NCBI GenBank assembly: GCA_038087875.1
Contig: CM075991.1
Span: 1,178,001 to 1,242,000 of the forward strand
Origin: Malacoraja senta
Taxonomy: Eukaryota
DNA: 64,000 nt
Direction of reading: 5' to 3'
Part shown: positions 1-13,964 of the stretch, one piece after another
Layout: the number at the start of each line of letters is the position of its first letter
How positions within the stretch are numbered: position 1 is the first letter of the stretch
Program-made: the position numbers and the translations under genes
The notes under the pieces: model-generated
Databases searched by the model: none
What the model saw: only the letters and a program-made list of their open reading frames with translations
Told to the model about the DNA's origin: nothing

Positions 1-1139
1 GGATAGGAAAATTTAAAGAGACGTGGGCCAAATGCAGCCAAATATATAAAATGTAAATGTTTAGGTAGGCATCATGACAGCACGAACGAGTTGTGCCGAA
101 GGGCGTTTACTCGCTGCTTAACTCTATGAACCTCCAGCTTCACATATCCCTGAAAACAGAGTTCCATGCTTTGTTCTTTCTATATCCATGTAATTATCCA
201 GCCATTTACTTCTGTTTGTGATGTTATTGTTTTAGGTTGGGAAATTATCTGCACTTTGATATAGTTCTTAATTTTGTCTTTTTTATCACCTTTCCTGACA
301 TTCCTGACCCAAAATGCTGCATGAGCTGCTGAGCTACGGCAGAAATTTGCGTTTTGCTTAACTTTATCCAGTCAGTTTATTGTGGCTTCTTTTGCTTCTT
401 GCTCTTTTTTTCCACCCTTCCTCTTTATCGTTCATCCCTTGTTTCCCTTTCTTTTAACTCCCTGCTGTTACCTGTTACACTAATTTAAACCCATCTCAAC
501 AAAACTGCTAAATACCCCACGTGAAGATTGGTCCTGGTCCTGCCTTAATGTACAGATTCCACCTTCCCCCAAACCTGTCCCAATGCCTTAAGAATCTAAA
601 TATCACCTTCCTCCGACGTTGCTCCAATTATGCAGATGCTGGAGGTTTAATAAACATATGTAATGATGAACGTTTAACTCATTTTCTGGGAAAGAAATGG
701 GCATGTACCTAGGAACTGAGGAATGATGGTAATGGCATTGGGATTCTTAATATACAGCGGCAGTAAATTTCTGTTTACCTCCTGTTAGATGTAAGCATTG
801 TGTCAAATTAAAGAATATGCAGGGGTTAGGAGCAATGATGGTGGTAGCATTTTTTTGGCATCAATAAAAAATACTTTAGCGAATTTTTCTGGAGTAAAAG
901 CTAAATAAGAATGAGGAATGATCGAAGGCTTGATACCAGCAGGGTCAGAGGCAATAGTGCAGAAGTCATCCATAACTAGATTGATCAGAATGGAAAAGGA
1001 TCAGTAGGAGAATATGAGAACATAAGAAATAGGAGCAGGTGTAGGTTGTTTGGACCTTTAGCATGCTCCACCATTTAACAAGATCGTGTCCACATTTCTA
1101 CCTGAAACATACTTTGTCTACCCCATCATATCTTTTTAT

Positions 1140-2130
1140 TTGTAGGAAGGAACTACAGATGCTGGTTTAAATCGTAGGTAGACACAAAATGGTGGAGTAA
1201 CTCAGCGGGACAGGCAGCATCTCTGGAGAGAAGGAATGGGTGACATTTTGGGTCGAGACCCTACTGCAGACCGATGTCAGGGGAGTGGGCGGGACAGAGA
1301 TAGAATTAAGTCGGAGACAGTAAGACTGGTGGGAAAACTGGGAGGGGGGATGGGATGGAGAGAGAAGGAAAGCAAGGGCTATTTGAAGTTAGAGAAGTCA
1401 ATGTTCATACCCCTGGGATGTAAGCTGCCCAAGCGAAATATGAGGTGCTGTTCCTCCAATTTGCGCTGGGCCTCACTCTGACAATGGAGGAGGCCCAGGA
1501 CAGAAAGGTCAGATTGGGAATGGGAGGGGGAGTTAAAGTGCTGAGCAACCAGGCAATCAGGTCAGTTAAGGCAGACTGTGCGGAGGTGTTCAGCGAAACA
1601 ATCGCCGAGCCTGCACTTGGTCTGACACCTGGAGCAGCGGATACAGTAGATGAGGTTGGAGGAGGTGCAAGTGAACTTCTGCCTCGCCTTAAAAGATTGT
1701 CAAAGTCCTTGGATGGAGTCGAGGGGGGAGATAAAATGACAGGTGTTGCATCTCTTGCGGTTGCAGGGGAAAGTACCTGGAGAGGGGGTGGTTTGGGTGG
1801 GAATGGATGAGTTGACCAGATAGCTGCCGAGGGAACGGCCTCTACCGAAAGCAGAAAGAGGTGGCGATGGGACGATGTGGCCAGTATTGGAATCCCATTG
1901 GAGGTGGCGAAAATGTCGGAGAATTATATGTTATATGCGACGGCTGATGGGGTGGAAGGTGAGAACAAGGGGGACTCTGTCCTTGTTACGAAAGGGGGGA
2001 GCTGCGGGATATCCAGGAGATCCATAGTGAGAGCCTCATCTATAATGGACGAGGGGAACCCCTTTTCCCTAAAGAATGAGGACATCTCCGATGACCTGGT
2101 ATGGAAAATCTCATCTTGGGCGCAGATGTA
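1140..2130 (-). mobile_element. Penelope-like element 3' fragment (GIY-YIG endonuclease region plus pseudo-LTR with degenerate hammerhead motif)
   Basis: The minus strand resembles the GIY-YIG region of the copies at 7085-7915 and 35854-36285 (e.g. QDEIFHTRSSEMSSFFREKGFPSSIIDEAL). The terminal repeat is shared with many short copies in the window. Confidence 0.8.
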
Positions 2131-2226
2131 ATATCTTTTTATTTCTTTGATATCCAGAAAGCTATCAATCCGCTTTGAATGCAATCAATGACTGAGTCTG
2201 ATTAGGCCTCCTACATAGAGAATTAC

Positions 2227-2527
2227 GGCCACGGTGGCGCAACGACAGAGTTGCTGCCTTACAGCGAACGAGACCCGGGATCGATCCCGACTATGGGTGC
2301 TGCCTCTACGGAGTTTTACGTTCTCCACGTGAACGCGTGGGTTTTGGCCGAGATGTTCGGTTTCCTCCCATACTCCAAAGACGTACAGGTATGCAGGTTG
2401 ATTGGCATGGTGTATGTGTAAATTGTCCCTAGTGTGTGTAGGATAGTGTTAATATGTGGGGATCGCTAGTCGGTGCGGACTCAGTGGGCTAAAGGGCCTG
2501 TTTCTGCGCTGTATCTCTAAACTAAAC
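2227..2527 (+). mobile_element. tRNA-derived SINE (HE1/V-SINE-like) with CR1-like 3' tail
   Basis: A-box-like GGTGGCGCAACG, B-box-like GGGATCGATCCC, central GGTTTCCTCCCATACTCCAAAGACGT domain, tail GGGCCTGTTTCTGCGCTGTATCTCTAAACTAAAC. Confidence 0.8.
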
Positions 2528-2802
2528 AAAAAAATTCCAAACATTTACTATTTTATGAATGAATAAATTTCTCCTAATTTCAGTAATAAATGGCCTACCC
2601 ATTAATTGGAGTCTGTGACCGGTGGTTCTAGATTCCTCAGCCATGAGAACATCTTTCCCATGACTAGGCTATTTCTATTCCCCAGTGAGGTCACATCCAT
2701 AAACTCCCGGCAGCAGTGGCCTAGTCCACTTACTTATCTCTCAATTGACAGACCCACCACCCCAGAAAACAGCCAGGCAAATTTTCACTCTACTCCCCAT
2801 TT

Positions 2803-5800
2803 CTGCAACTGCAACTTTATTTATATAGCACATTTCATACACGAGGCAGACTCAAAGTGCTTCACATAAAAACATGTCATACAATAAAATGAAATAATAA
2901 AATGAAATAAAAGAGAAGAATTAAAATAAAAGAAAAGCAAAGTTAAAAATGCATTATAGAAAAGTGCAAAAGTTAAAAGTGCAATGTAGTTAAGATTTAG
3001 CTGAAAGCTAAAGTAAACATAAAAGTTTTCAGTCTTGTTTTAAAAGTGGTGAAAGTAGGGGCAAGTCTTAAATCTTCAGGAAGTTTATTCCAGCTATTTG
3101 TTGCATAGTAACTAAATCCTGCTTTCCCATGTTTTGTATTTACTCTGGGAATCACTAACAGATTGGTCTCAGAAGATCTAGAAGGCTTATATAGTGGAAG
3201 CATGCCAGTGATATACTTTGGCCCTAAACCATGTAGTGATTTATAGGTGCGCAGCAGGATTTTGAAATCAATTCTCTGACATACAGGGAGCCAATGTAAG
3301 GATTTAAGAATTGGTGTAACGTGTTCACATTTTTTGGTCTTTGTTAGAACTCTATCAACAGCGTTCTGAACAAGCTGTAGCTGCCTGACAGTTTTTTTCG
3401 GAAGACCTGCAAGGAGACCGTTACAATAATCTAGCCTACTAGTAATAAAGGCATGTACAAGTTTTTCTAAGTCTTGAGCTGACATGAGTCCTCTTAGTCT
3501 TGCTACGTTTTTGAGGTGATAGTAGGCCGATTTTGTTACTGATTTGATGTGACTGTCGAAATGTAAATCTGAATCCATAATAACCCCGAGATTTCTGGCT
3601 TTGTTTGAAGTTTTCAGGGACAGAGAGTGAAGGTTTTGGGTTACTTTAAGCCTTTCTTTTTTAGCACCAGAAACAATTATCTCTATTTTGTCCTTATTTA
3701 GTTGGAGGACATTTTGGCACATCCAGCCTTTGACTTGCTCAATGCACTGGCACAGCAGATCTATGGGTCGATAGTCATTTGGTGATAGCGCTACATAGAT
3801 TTGAGTGTCATCGGCATAGCAGTGGTGGTCAATATTATTATTTTGCATGATTTGCCCTAGTGGGAGCATGTAGATGTTGAATAAAGAGGGCCCTAAGATC
3901 GAACCTTGGTTGGTTGGTTCTGATACAAAGTCGCCAATGGAAACAAAATAGTTCCTATCTTGTAGATATGACCTGAACCAACTTAAGACTGTGCCTGAGA
4001 GCCCCACCCATTTTTCCAACCTGTCCAAAAGTATTGAGTGATCAACAGTGTCGAATGCAGCACTGAGGTCTAATAGCATCAATATTGAAACTTTGCCAGA
4101 GTGTGTCGTAGCAGCCAGTTGAAGCCAGGAAGTGATTAAGTTGCTGGAGGACAACTTTCTCAATGATTTTACTTATGAAAGGTAGGTTTGATATTGGTCT
4201 ATAGTTGTTAATAATAGAGTCATCTAGGCTCCGCTTTTTTAAAAGGGGTTTAATAACTGCAGTTTTCAAGGCTTTTGGGAAATTGCCTGATTGAAGAGAG
4301 CTGTTAACTATTTGCAGTATGTCTATTGCTAGGCAGTCAAAAACATTCTTAAAGTAGTTGGTAGGTAAAGCATCAAGGCAGCAGGTGCCTTAGTTGTGTC
4401 ACCATTTCCACAAGAGTTTTAGAGTCTATGACATTAAAGCATGTCATCATTGCCACGTTACTTTTGCCTAATCAGGGTGGTGATCCAACATTTTTGTTTG
4501 AAGCAGAGATATTGATGGCACGTCTGATGCCTTCAATTTTATCAGTATAAAAGAACGCAAACTCATTGCATTTCTGCGTGGAATGGAGTTCAGGTGGTAT
4601 TTGTGTTGGGGGGTTGGTCAGTCTGTCAACAGTTGCAAATAGGGTTTTTGCCTTGTTAGTGTTGTTGTTAATGATATTGGAGAAAATGTTTCTCTTGCAC
4701 TTTTTAAGTCCAAATTGTAGGCACGGAGGCTCTCTTTATAGATGTCATGGTGAATATGAAGTTTTGTTTTCCGCCAGATGTGTTCAGCTTTCCGGCATTC
4801 TCTTTTCTGGGCTGTTACAAAAGCAGCTTTTCTCCAGGGTGCCTTTTGCTTACCAGAAATCGTTTTAACCATAATGGGTGCAATGACATCTATAACTTTC
4901 ACAATTTTGGAATTAAAGTTATCTACAAGATCATCAGCAGAACATGGTGGTAACAAGGAGATGGCATTTTTAAAGAGTACATTAGAATGTTCATTTATAT
5001 ACCGTTTTTTGACAGTATTTGATTTTGTCTGTATCTCGGGAATAAAAGATATATTAAAGAAAACACAGAAGTGGTCAGACAATGAAGGATCAGTCACAAA
5101 AATATCAGAAACATTGAGACCGTTTGTGATAATCAAGTCCAGGGTATGCCCCTTACAATGAGTAGCCTCTTTCACATGTTGAGACAGTTCAAATGTGTCT
5201 AAAATAGTAAAAAGTTCTTTTGCACCCTTGTCATTCAAATTATCAGGATGAAAATTAAAATCACCAGTTATAACTGGACAGTCAAAGTCAGTTGAGATGC
5301 TAGACAATAATTCTGTAAAGTCATCGAAAAAATGTGCATAATATTTGGGTGGCCTGTAAATAATTAAAAGGAGAACTCTGGGGGAACATTTCAATGCAGC
5401 ACAAAGGTATTCGAATGATGGGAAATCACCAAGTGACATCTGTTTCCCCTGAAATACATTTTTAAATATAGCAGCAACCCCTCCACCTCTTTTTCCAGAT
5501 CTACATACATCAAAAAAGTTATAGTTGGGAGCTGTCTCGATCAGAATGGGTGCACTGTTATTTTGTTCTAGCCATGTTTCAGTTAAAAACATAAAATCCA
5601 GTTTAGAGGTGGACTAAAAATGATTTGTTATTAAGAGACCTAACATAAAGCAGACCCATCCTGATGGTATTATTGATAGGCTTTATGGTTGGGTTTGGTT
5701 TGGAGGGAATAGGTATTAGATTTGTTAGGTTAGCAGTGTGTCTAAGTTTCCCTTTGTTTACTCTCTTAGTATTCACAACAGGAATGCAGAAGGTGCGATA

Positions 5801-6630
5801 CTTTGACGTAGGCGACCTTGGGTTCAGCTGATTATGCGGAACTTCCTTCGTAATGTGTCTACGGCTGAACCCTTTCTTGTCTCAGTAATATTCAGGACTG
5901 CTATCAATACAGGGGGGGGGGGCTGTGGCGCCCTCCGCTTGGTTGTTATCTCCCTGCGGCCGTGACGTGGCGATGGTACTGATGTAGGGCGTGGGCTGGG
6001 CATCATAGACACAGATGCAAGTTTAATGCCACCTTTTTCCTGTTTCTTCAATTCATGTGGAAAATCATAATGGGAGGAGACAGTGGAGCTGGTGTTGTTG
6101 TGGCTATGGGAGAGATGAGGGTGGAGGTCATCGTCGATGGGGGAGTGCAGAGGAGGGTGGTGGCCGTTCCTCTCCAAGCCAGCATCAGCGGTGGGGGATG
6201 GTAGGGGGGGTAAGGGCGCGTCGATGGGGCTGGGTGGGTGGGGGGGGGGGGGGGGGCTGTTGTCTCTCCTCAAGGTCTGTGGTCTGACTGCGGCCTGTGT
6301 GTCAGACAGTGGCAGGGTAGATGTGTGGGGGGGCTGTTGCCTCGCTTCTCTACCTGTGGTCTGACTGCGGCCTGTGTGTCAGACCGTGGCAGGGTAGATT
6401 TGTGGGAGAGCGAGAAGAGAAGATTGTCCCTTAACAGTCTTGAGCCGAACCTGTTTGGGTGTAGACCATCTGCTCTGAAAAGATATTTGCGCCCCCAAAA
6501 CAAGTTAAAGTTGTCAATAAAGCTCCTTCCTCTTTCATTGCAGACTCTGGAAAGCCATGTATTCAGTGCAAGTAGCCGACTGAATGTGTTTATTCCCCTG
6601 TCAACTGCTGGTATGGGACCACTGATGAAT
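2803..6630 (-). mobile_element. L2-clade LINE, 5'-truncated: C-terminus of ORF1 SGNH esterase plus frameshifted ORF2 (APE endonuclease and RT)
   Basis: RT motifs LLDLSAAFDTVDH, QGSILGP and YADDTQ (2997-4163); endonuclease motifs LTETW, GDFN and SDH (4618-5592); esterase FISGP..FIDNFNLFW..DGLHP (about 6406-6630); L2 tail AAGCACTTTG..AATAAA(GTTGCA)n. Confidence 0.9.
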
Positions 6631-6849
6631 TACTCATTAACAAGCTTACTATTAACATACTATTTTCCAAAATTGTATCAATACTCCAAATGTGGTCTCA
6701 TCATGGACCGATATAATTATTTTGTTCCTTTTCTATGTCCTCCTGAATTTTCTTTGCATCTTAATACTGCTCACATTTTCTGTCATCAGCAAACCTGTAA
6801 ATATAACATTTGATCTCCTCAGCCAAATCACATACAGACGGTGACAGAC

Positions 6850-8130
6850 ATAGACACAAAATGCTGGAGTAAACTCAGCGGGACAGGCAGCATCTCTGGA
6901 GAGAAGGAATGGGTGATGTTTCGATTCGAGACCCTTCTTCAGACTGAAAGTCACGGGAACGTGTAATTCGAGATATAGGAGATGTAGAGAGATATAGAAC
7001 AAATGAATGAAAGATGTGCAAAAAAGCAACAATGATTAAGGAAACAGGAAAGTTCTCACCTAACGAAAAGTTGGTGTACCTTGGTTAGGGAAGGGATGGA
7101 GAGAGAGGGAATGCAGGGGTTGTGATGTTAGATAAATCAATATTCATACCACTGGGTTGTAAGCTGCCCAAGTAAAATATGAAATGTTGTTCCTCCAATT
7201 TGCATTTAGCCTCACTCTGACAATGGAGGAAACCTTGGACAGAAAGATCAGCATGGGAATGGGAAGGGGAATTAAAGTGTTTAGCAACCAGGAAATCAGG
7301 TAGGTCCAGGTGGACTGAGCGAAGGTATTCAGCGAAACGATCGCCCAGTCTACGTTTGGTCTCGCCGATGTATAGGAGTCCACACCTTGAACAACGGATA
7401 CAGTTGATGAGGTTGTTGGAGGTGCAAGTGAACCTCTGCCTAACCTGAAAGGACTGTCTGGGTCCATGGAGGAGGTATAGGGAGGAGTCGAGGGAGGAGG
7501 TATAGGGACAGGTGTTGCTTCTCCTGCGGTTGCAGGAGAAGGTACCTGGGGAGGGGGTGGTTTGGGTGGGAAGGGATGAGTTAACCAGGGAGTTGCAGAG
7601 GAAACGGTCTCTGCGGAAGGCAGAAAGGGGTGGCAATGGGAAGATGTGACTAGTGGTGGGATTCCGTTGGAGGTGGTAAAAATGTTGAAGAATTATGTGT
7701 TGTATGCAACGGCTGATGGGAGGAAAGGTAAGGACTAGGGGACTCTGTCCCTGTTGCGACTCGGGGGGGGGGGGGGGGGTGGGTGGGGGAAGCAAGGCCG
7801 GAGCTGCGGGGTACTGAGCAGACACGTGTGTGGACCTCATCTGTGATGGAAGACAGGAAACCCCGTTCCCTAAAGAATGAGGACATCTCGGATGTCCTGG
7901 GATGGAACACCTCATCTTGGGCGCAGTTGCGGCGTAGAGGGAGAAATTGGGACTAGGGGAAGCAGGGTGGGAAGAAGAGAAGTTGAGATAGTTGTGGGAA
8001 TCAGTGGGTTTGTAATAGACGTCAGTTGATAGTCTATCTCCTGTGAAGGAGACAGTGAGATCAAGAAAGGGGAGCGAGGTGTCGGAGATGAATTTGAGTG
8101 CAGGATGTAAATTGGTAGTGAAGTTAATAG
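6850..8130 (-). mobile_element. Penelope-like element 3' fragment (GIY-YIG) with pseudo-LTR
   Basis: ORF 7085-7915 contains FTCTSNNLINCIRCSRCGLLYIGETKRRLGDRFAEY..VAKHFN. A hammerhead-like motif with a damaged stem lies at about 6915-6942. Confidence 0.85.
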
Positions 8131-9374
8131 AGATGACAGATGCACAGATCTTAGTGGCACATCACTTTTCATAGCCTGCCAATTCGAGAAGGGCCTGTTC
8201 ATTTCTAGTCCTTGTTTCTATCAGTTCACCCACACTGTTATATTACCTCCACTCCCCCACATCCAAATCTTGTTCTCCAACTTCCTGCCAACATCTTAGC
8301 CTTTGGAAACTGGTTCTGCCTTATATAATTGAAACATTCTCACGAACTCCAATAGATTAATCAAACACAATTTCCCTTTCTTGAGTTGAATCATATTATT
8401 TTCATAGGATTCTGACAACACACCGGTATTATAGATCTCCACCTTTCCCTACCACCGACAGCAGTGTGGAACAAGTCTGTGGTTCCATGCCTTTTCGCTC
8501 CTTCCTTTATTGAGTTGATGAGTCACTTTTACAACTCCCAGAAACCATTTCAAGATCGATGTAATGTCAGAAGATGTTAACTAGACCATCTCCTATCACC
8601 ATGGCCACCTCTGCTAAAATGTGTAAGGACATTGTTCAGCATTCCTTGACAATTCTGGCTTATTAACTTCTTTTAACAATTTTGTTACAAATGCTAAAGA
8701 TGTGACTCAGTTATAGTGACACAAAATATGGACATTCAACCCATTGATTTCATGTTGATTTCAAGCAGCACAGTGAAGAATGCTATAGCTATATAGCATG
8801 GTAAAAGGCCCTTCGGTCCACCTTGTCCTTGCTGGACAAATTGGCATACGAGTCAGTTCCATTTGCCGGCATTTGGTCCTTCGCGCTCTCCCTTCTCAGC
8901 CTGAGCAGATGGCCTCTAGTTTTGGAATCCTCTACCCTGGGAAAAAGACTGTGAGCGTTCACGTTATCCATGCTCCACATGATGTTGTACACATATAATG
9001 CCAGGTCCCAAAGAGAAATGTTCCAGCCTATCCCTACAACTCAAACCCACGTCCATGTCAAGAGTGCTTTATTGTTATATGTCCCAGATAGAACAATGGA
9101 ATTCTTACTTGCAACAGCACAAGAGAATATATAAGCATAGCACTCTGTAAACAATATAATAAATGAGAAAAAAAGTTCAGTGTAACACTCTGGTGAATAT
9201 CTTCTGCATCCTTTCCAACTTCCTAAAGATCAGCAACCAGAACTGAATACAGAACTCCAATATGCTTCCATCAATGACTTGTATATCATAATGTCCCAAC
9301 TTTTGTACTAATTACTCTTCCCAATAAAAACAAGCACGCCAAACACCTGACTCACCACCTTCAGCTGTACTCCC

Positions 9375-9607
9375 AGGCAGACAAAAATGCTGGAGGAACT
9401 CAGCGGGTGAGGCAGCATCTATGGAGCAAAGGAAATAGGCAACGTTTCGGGTCGAAACCCTTCTTCAGACTGATGTGAGGGGGGAGCGGGAAGATGAAAT
9501 GAAGAGGTGGAGCCAGTGGGCCGAGAGAGAGCTGAGAAGGGGAGGAGAAAGGAGGGACTACCTGAAATTAGAGAAGTCAATGTTCATACCGCTGGGGTGC
9601 AAACTGT
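9375..9607 (-). mobile_element. Short Penelope pLTR-derived element with intact minimal hammerhead core (9441-9468)
   Basis: The reverse complement reads CTGAAGAAGGGTTTCGACCCGAAACGTT, with the same flanks as the GIY-YIG elements. Confidence 0.75.
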
Positions 9608-9734
9608 CAGATCTCTCTCATTCTACAACACTCTTCAGATCTCTACCAGTTGCTTGGTAAGCCCTACCCTAGTTTGACACACCTCACAAATGTCAGTGTT
9701 GGGCAGATGAGAAATGCACCCTCACAGTTCCCAC

Positions 9735-12520
9735 AGACAATAGGTGCAGGAGTAGGCCATTCGGCCCTTTGAGACGGCACCACCATTCACTGTGATCATG
9801 GCTGATCATCCACATTCAGTATCCCGTTCCTGCCTTCTCGCCATATTTCCTGACTCCGCTATCTTTAAGAGCTCTATCTAACTCTCTCTTGAAAGCATCC
9901 AGAGAATTGGCCTCCACTGCCTTCTCAGGTAGAGAATTTCATAGATTCACAACTCTCTGGGTAAAAAAGTTTTTCCTCATCTCTGTACCAAATGGCCTAC
10001 CTCTTATTCTTAAACTGAGGCCCCTGGTTCTGGACTCCCCTAACATTGGGAAAATGTTTCCTGCCTCTAGCGTGTCAATCCCTTAATAACCTTATATGTT
10101 TCAATAGGATTCCCTCTCATCCTTCTAAATTCCAGAGTATACAAGCCCAGCCGCTCCATTCTAAAACATATACCAGTCCCGCCATCCCAGGGATTAACCT
10201 CGTGAACCTACGCTGCACTCCCTCAATAGCAAGAATGTCCTTCCTCAAATTTGGAGACCAAAGCTGCACACAATACTCCAGGTGTGGTCTCACTAGGGCC
10301 CTGTACAACTGCAGAAGGACCTCTTTGCTCCTATACTCAACTACTCTTGTTATGAAGGCCAACATGCCATTAGCTTTCTTCACTGCCTGCTGTACCTGCA
10401 TGCTTACTTTCAGTGAGTGATGAACAAGGACCCCCAGATCTCTTTGTACTCCCCCTTTTCCCAACTTGACACCATTCAGATAATAATCTGCCTTCCTGTT
10501 TTTGCCGCCAGTGGATAAGCTCACATTTATCCACATTAAACTGCATCTGCCATATATCTGCCCACTTACCCAACCTCTCCAAGTCACCCTGCATCCTCCT
10601 CACAGTTCACACTGCCACCCAGCTTTGTGTCATCTGCAAATTTGCTGATGTCACTTTGAATCCCTTCATCTAAATCATTGATGTGTATTGTAAATAGCTG
10701 CGGTCCCAGCACCGAGCCTTGCGGTACCCCACTAGTCACAGCCTGCTATTCTGAAAGGGACCCGTTAATACCTATTCTCTGTTTCCTGTCTGTCATCCAA
10801 TTTTCTATCCATGTCAGCACTCTACCCCCAATACCATGTGCTCTAATTTTGCCCAGTAATCTCCTATTTGGGACCTTATCAAATGCTTTCTGAAAGTCCA
10901 GGTACACTACACCCACTGGCTTTCCCTTGTCCATTTTTCTAGTTGAATCCTCAAAAACTTCAGATTAGTCAAGCATGATTTCCCCTTTGTAAATCCATGC
11001 TGACTCGGACCGATCCTGTTGTTGCTTTCCAAATGTCCCGTTATTTCATCTTTTATAATTGACTCCGGCATCTTCCCCACCACCGACGTCAGGCTAACTG
11101 GTCTATAATTCCATGTTTTCTCTCTCCTGCCTTTCTTAAAAAGTGGGATAAGATTAGCTACAATCCACAGGAACTGATCCTGAATCTATAGAACATTGGC
11201 AAATGATCACCAATGCATCCACGATTTCTAGAGCCATTTCCTTAAGTACCCTGGGATGCAGACCATCAGGCCCTGGGGATTTATCAGCCTTCAGTCCCAT
11301 CAGTCTACCTAACACTATTTCCTGCCTAATGAGAATTTCCTTCAGTTCCTCCACACCCTAGTGTACTGGCCACTAGTACATCAGGGAGATTGTTTGTGTC
11401 TTCCTTAGTGAAGACGGATCCAAAGTACCTGTTCAACTCGTCTGCCATTTCCTTGTTCCCATAATAAATTCACCTGTTTCAGTCTTCAAGGGTCCAACTT
11501 TGGTCTTAACTAATTTTTTCCTCTTCACATACCTAAAGAAGCTTTTACTATCCTCCTTTAAATTCTTGGCTAGCCTACCTTCGTACCTCATCTTTTCTCC
11601 CCGTATTGCCTTTTTAGTTATCTTCTGTTGCTCTTAAACGTTACCCAATCCTCTGGCTTTCCGCTCATCTTTGCTATGTTATACTTCTCTTTTATTTTTA
11701 TACTGTCCGTGACTTCCCTTGTCAGCCATGGTCACCCCTTACTCCCCTTGGAATCTTTCTTCCTCTTTGGAATGAACTGATCCTGCACCTTCTGTATTAT
11801 TCCCAGAAATGCCTGCCATTGTTGTTCCACTGTCATCCCTGCTATGGGTAATTTTCCAGTCAACTTTGGCCAGCTCCTCCCTCATGGCTCCATAGTCCCC
11901 TTTGTACACCTGTAATACTGACTCTTCCGATTTTCCCTTCTCCCTCTCAAATTGTAGATTAAAACATCATATTATGGTCACCACCTCCTAATGGTTCCTT
12001 TACCTCGAGTTCGCTTATCAAATCCGGTTCATTACACAACACTAAATCCAGAATTGTCTTCTCCCTGGTTGTCTCCAGTAAAAGCTGCTCTAAGAATCCA
12101 TCACAGAGGCACTCCACAAACTCTCTTTCTTGGGGTCCAACACCAACCTGATGTTCCCATTCTACCTGCATGTTGAAATCTCCCATAACAACCATAGCAT
12201 TACCTTTGCAACATGCCAATTTTAACTCTTGATTCAACTTGCACTCTATGTCCAGGCTACTGTTTGGGGGCCTGTAGATAACTCCTATTAGGGTCTTTCT
12301 ATCCATACTGACTACATCTCCTGATTCCATGTCCCCCCTCGCAAGGGACTGAATTGCATTCCTCACCAACAGAGCTACCCCACCCCCTCTGCCTTTTCGA
12401 TAGGACGTATACCCTTGAATTTTCAGTTCCCAGCCCTGGTCCTCTTGCAGCCACGTCTCTGTAATTCCCACATCATACTTGCCAATTTCTAACTGAGCCT
12501 CAAGCTCATCCACTTTATTT
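9735..12520 (-). mobile_element. CR1-clade LINE, degenerate ORF2 (endonuclease and RT)
   Basis: GITETWL..YRPPN..GDFN (11959-12513), KSPGPDGLHPRVLKE, YLDFQKAFDKVP, LVRPHLEYCVQLW, and a CR1-type 3' end GCCTACTCCTGCACCTATTGTC. Confidence 0.9.
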
Positions 12521-12946
12521 CTTTCTTTTTTTAAATTTCATATATCTTTATTTCATATATACTTTTAATCCATTACACCCCTCACCCTTCACATCAATTC
12601 CTTTTTCACTTGGCCTCACTCTTCTATCCTTTCCTGAGCTTTCTGCCCTGTTAATTCTGGTGTATTTCTTAACTTTTCTTATATTCTCTTTCCCTTTAAC
12701 TCCATCCATAGTTTGTCTCAGGTTCAACCACAAGGATGGGTACTGTCCATCTTATGTTTACCTCCAAAACTAAATGCTGGAAGAACTCAGTGGGCCAGGC
12801 AGTATCTCAGTCCTCCAGAGATGTTGTACTTTGAGGGGATTTAACCCATAGTCTTCTCAACCCGTCCTCTCCATATATCCTGGGACAACATTTAAAGGAA
12901 TTTGGACAAGTAAATGGAGAGGAAAGATATGATAGGTTAAACCTTT

Positions 12947-13078
12947 GTGTAGGAAGGAACTGCAAAGAAATGGATGACGTTTCAGTCTGAAGAAGGGTCT
13001 CGACCCGAAACGTCACCCATTCCTTATCCCCAGAGATGCTGCCTGGAGCGCTGTTACTCCAGCAATTTGTGTCTATCT
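12947..13078 (+). mobile_element. Hammerhead-bearing Penelope-derived mini-element with 14-bp TSD
   Basis: TAGGTTAAACCTTT at 12933-12946 and 13079-13092; intact core CTGAAGAAGGGTCTCGACCCGAAACGTC at 12987-13014. Confidence 0.8.
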
Positions 13079-13279
13079 TAGGTTAAACCTTTCCTGTCCA
13101 TGTGGGACTAGTGTAGATGGGGCATCTTGGTCGGCTTGGGAAGTTGTATCGAAGGGCCCGTCTCCATGTATGACTCTACTGTAATTAAGTGGGTAAACAA
13201 TTGAAAGGACATTGATTGCATTGCCGTGTACTTCAGATAGACACAAGGAACAGCAGATGCTGCTTTGGATGCAGCAGTC

Positions 13280-13960
13280 CTGCCGTGGAAGCTCGACACC
13301 CAGTCTCTCCTCCTGCCCCCGCCCCGCCCGCCCCGCCTGCGTAAGGCGCAGCGCCGAGCCGAGCCGAGCCGAGCCACCGCTGCGTCAGCCCCGCTATAAG
13401 AGGCAGCGAGGCGGGGCCGCGCTGTAGATGGCGGACTGTTAGCCAACGGAGGTTACCTTTTGTACGGAGAGCTGCAGTCGACGCCGTTAGACGGAATCGC
13501 TCGCAGGATCGCCGGGGCCCAGCGGCCGTTGCTGATCACCGACCACGACCTACGCTTAGCGCGCTACTTGACGGAGAGAGCGGGGCCGTGAGTGTGTCCG
13601 GCCCGTCCCGTCCCGCTGCGTCCGAGCCGCCCTCGCTCTGTGCTCGCACCGTCCGAGCTGCGCCATTAATTGGTGAGCGGGTCTGTCCGGGTTGTCGTGC
13701 TTCGCCCCGCACCCTGGGCAGGAGGAGGGGGTGGGGGGGGGATAGGGAGGATTGGGCTGAGGCTGATGGCGCCCGGCTCCGCGGCATCAGCCCCAGTCTG
13801 ATCCAGCGTGTTCCGGAACCATCCGGCCGCCGGCCTCATTCATTCGCAGCGTCTGCCCGCCCGCCCGGCGACCCCGGCTCGCGGCACCAGGGGGAGCTCG
13901 AGGACGGGCGGGCAGGCGCGGCGCCAGGGCGGGGGTCCAGACGCGCGCGGGGGGAGGGGG
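13280..13960 (+). promoter_or_regulatory. slc20a1: CpG-island promoter and putative non-coding exon 1 of SLC20A1
   Basis: GC boxes at 13316-13337, CRE/AP-1-like TGCGTCA at 13381-13387, TATAAG at 13395-13400 and YY1-like AGATGGCGG near 13426. Candidate donors are GTGAGT at 13588 and GTGAGC at 13673. Confidence 0.7.
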
Positions 13961-13964
13961 GGGG

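Noticed and set aside
2227..2300. tRNA gene
   Set aside because: It is the tRNA-derived head of a SINE and lacks a complete cloverleaf.
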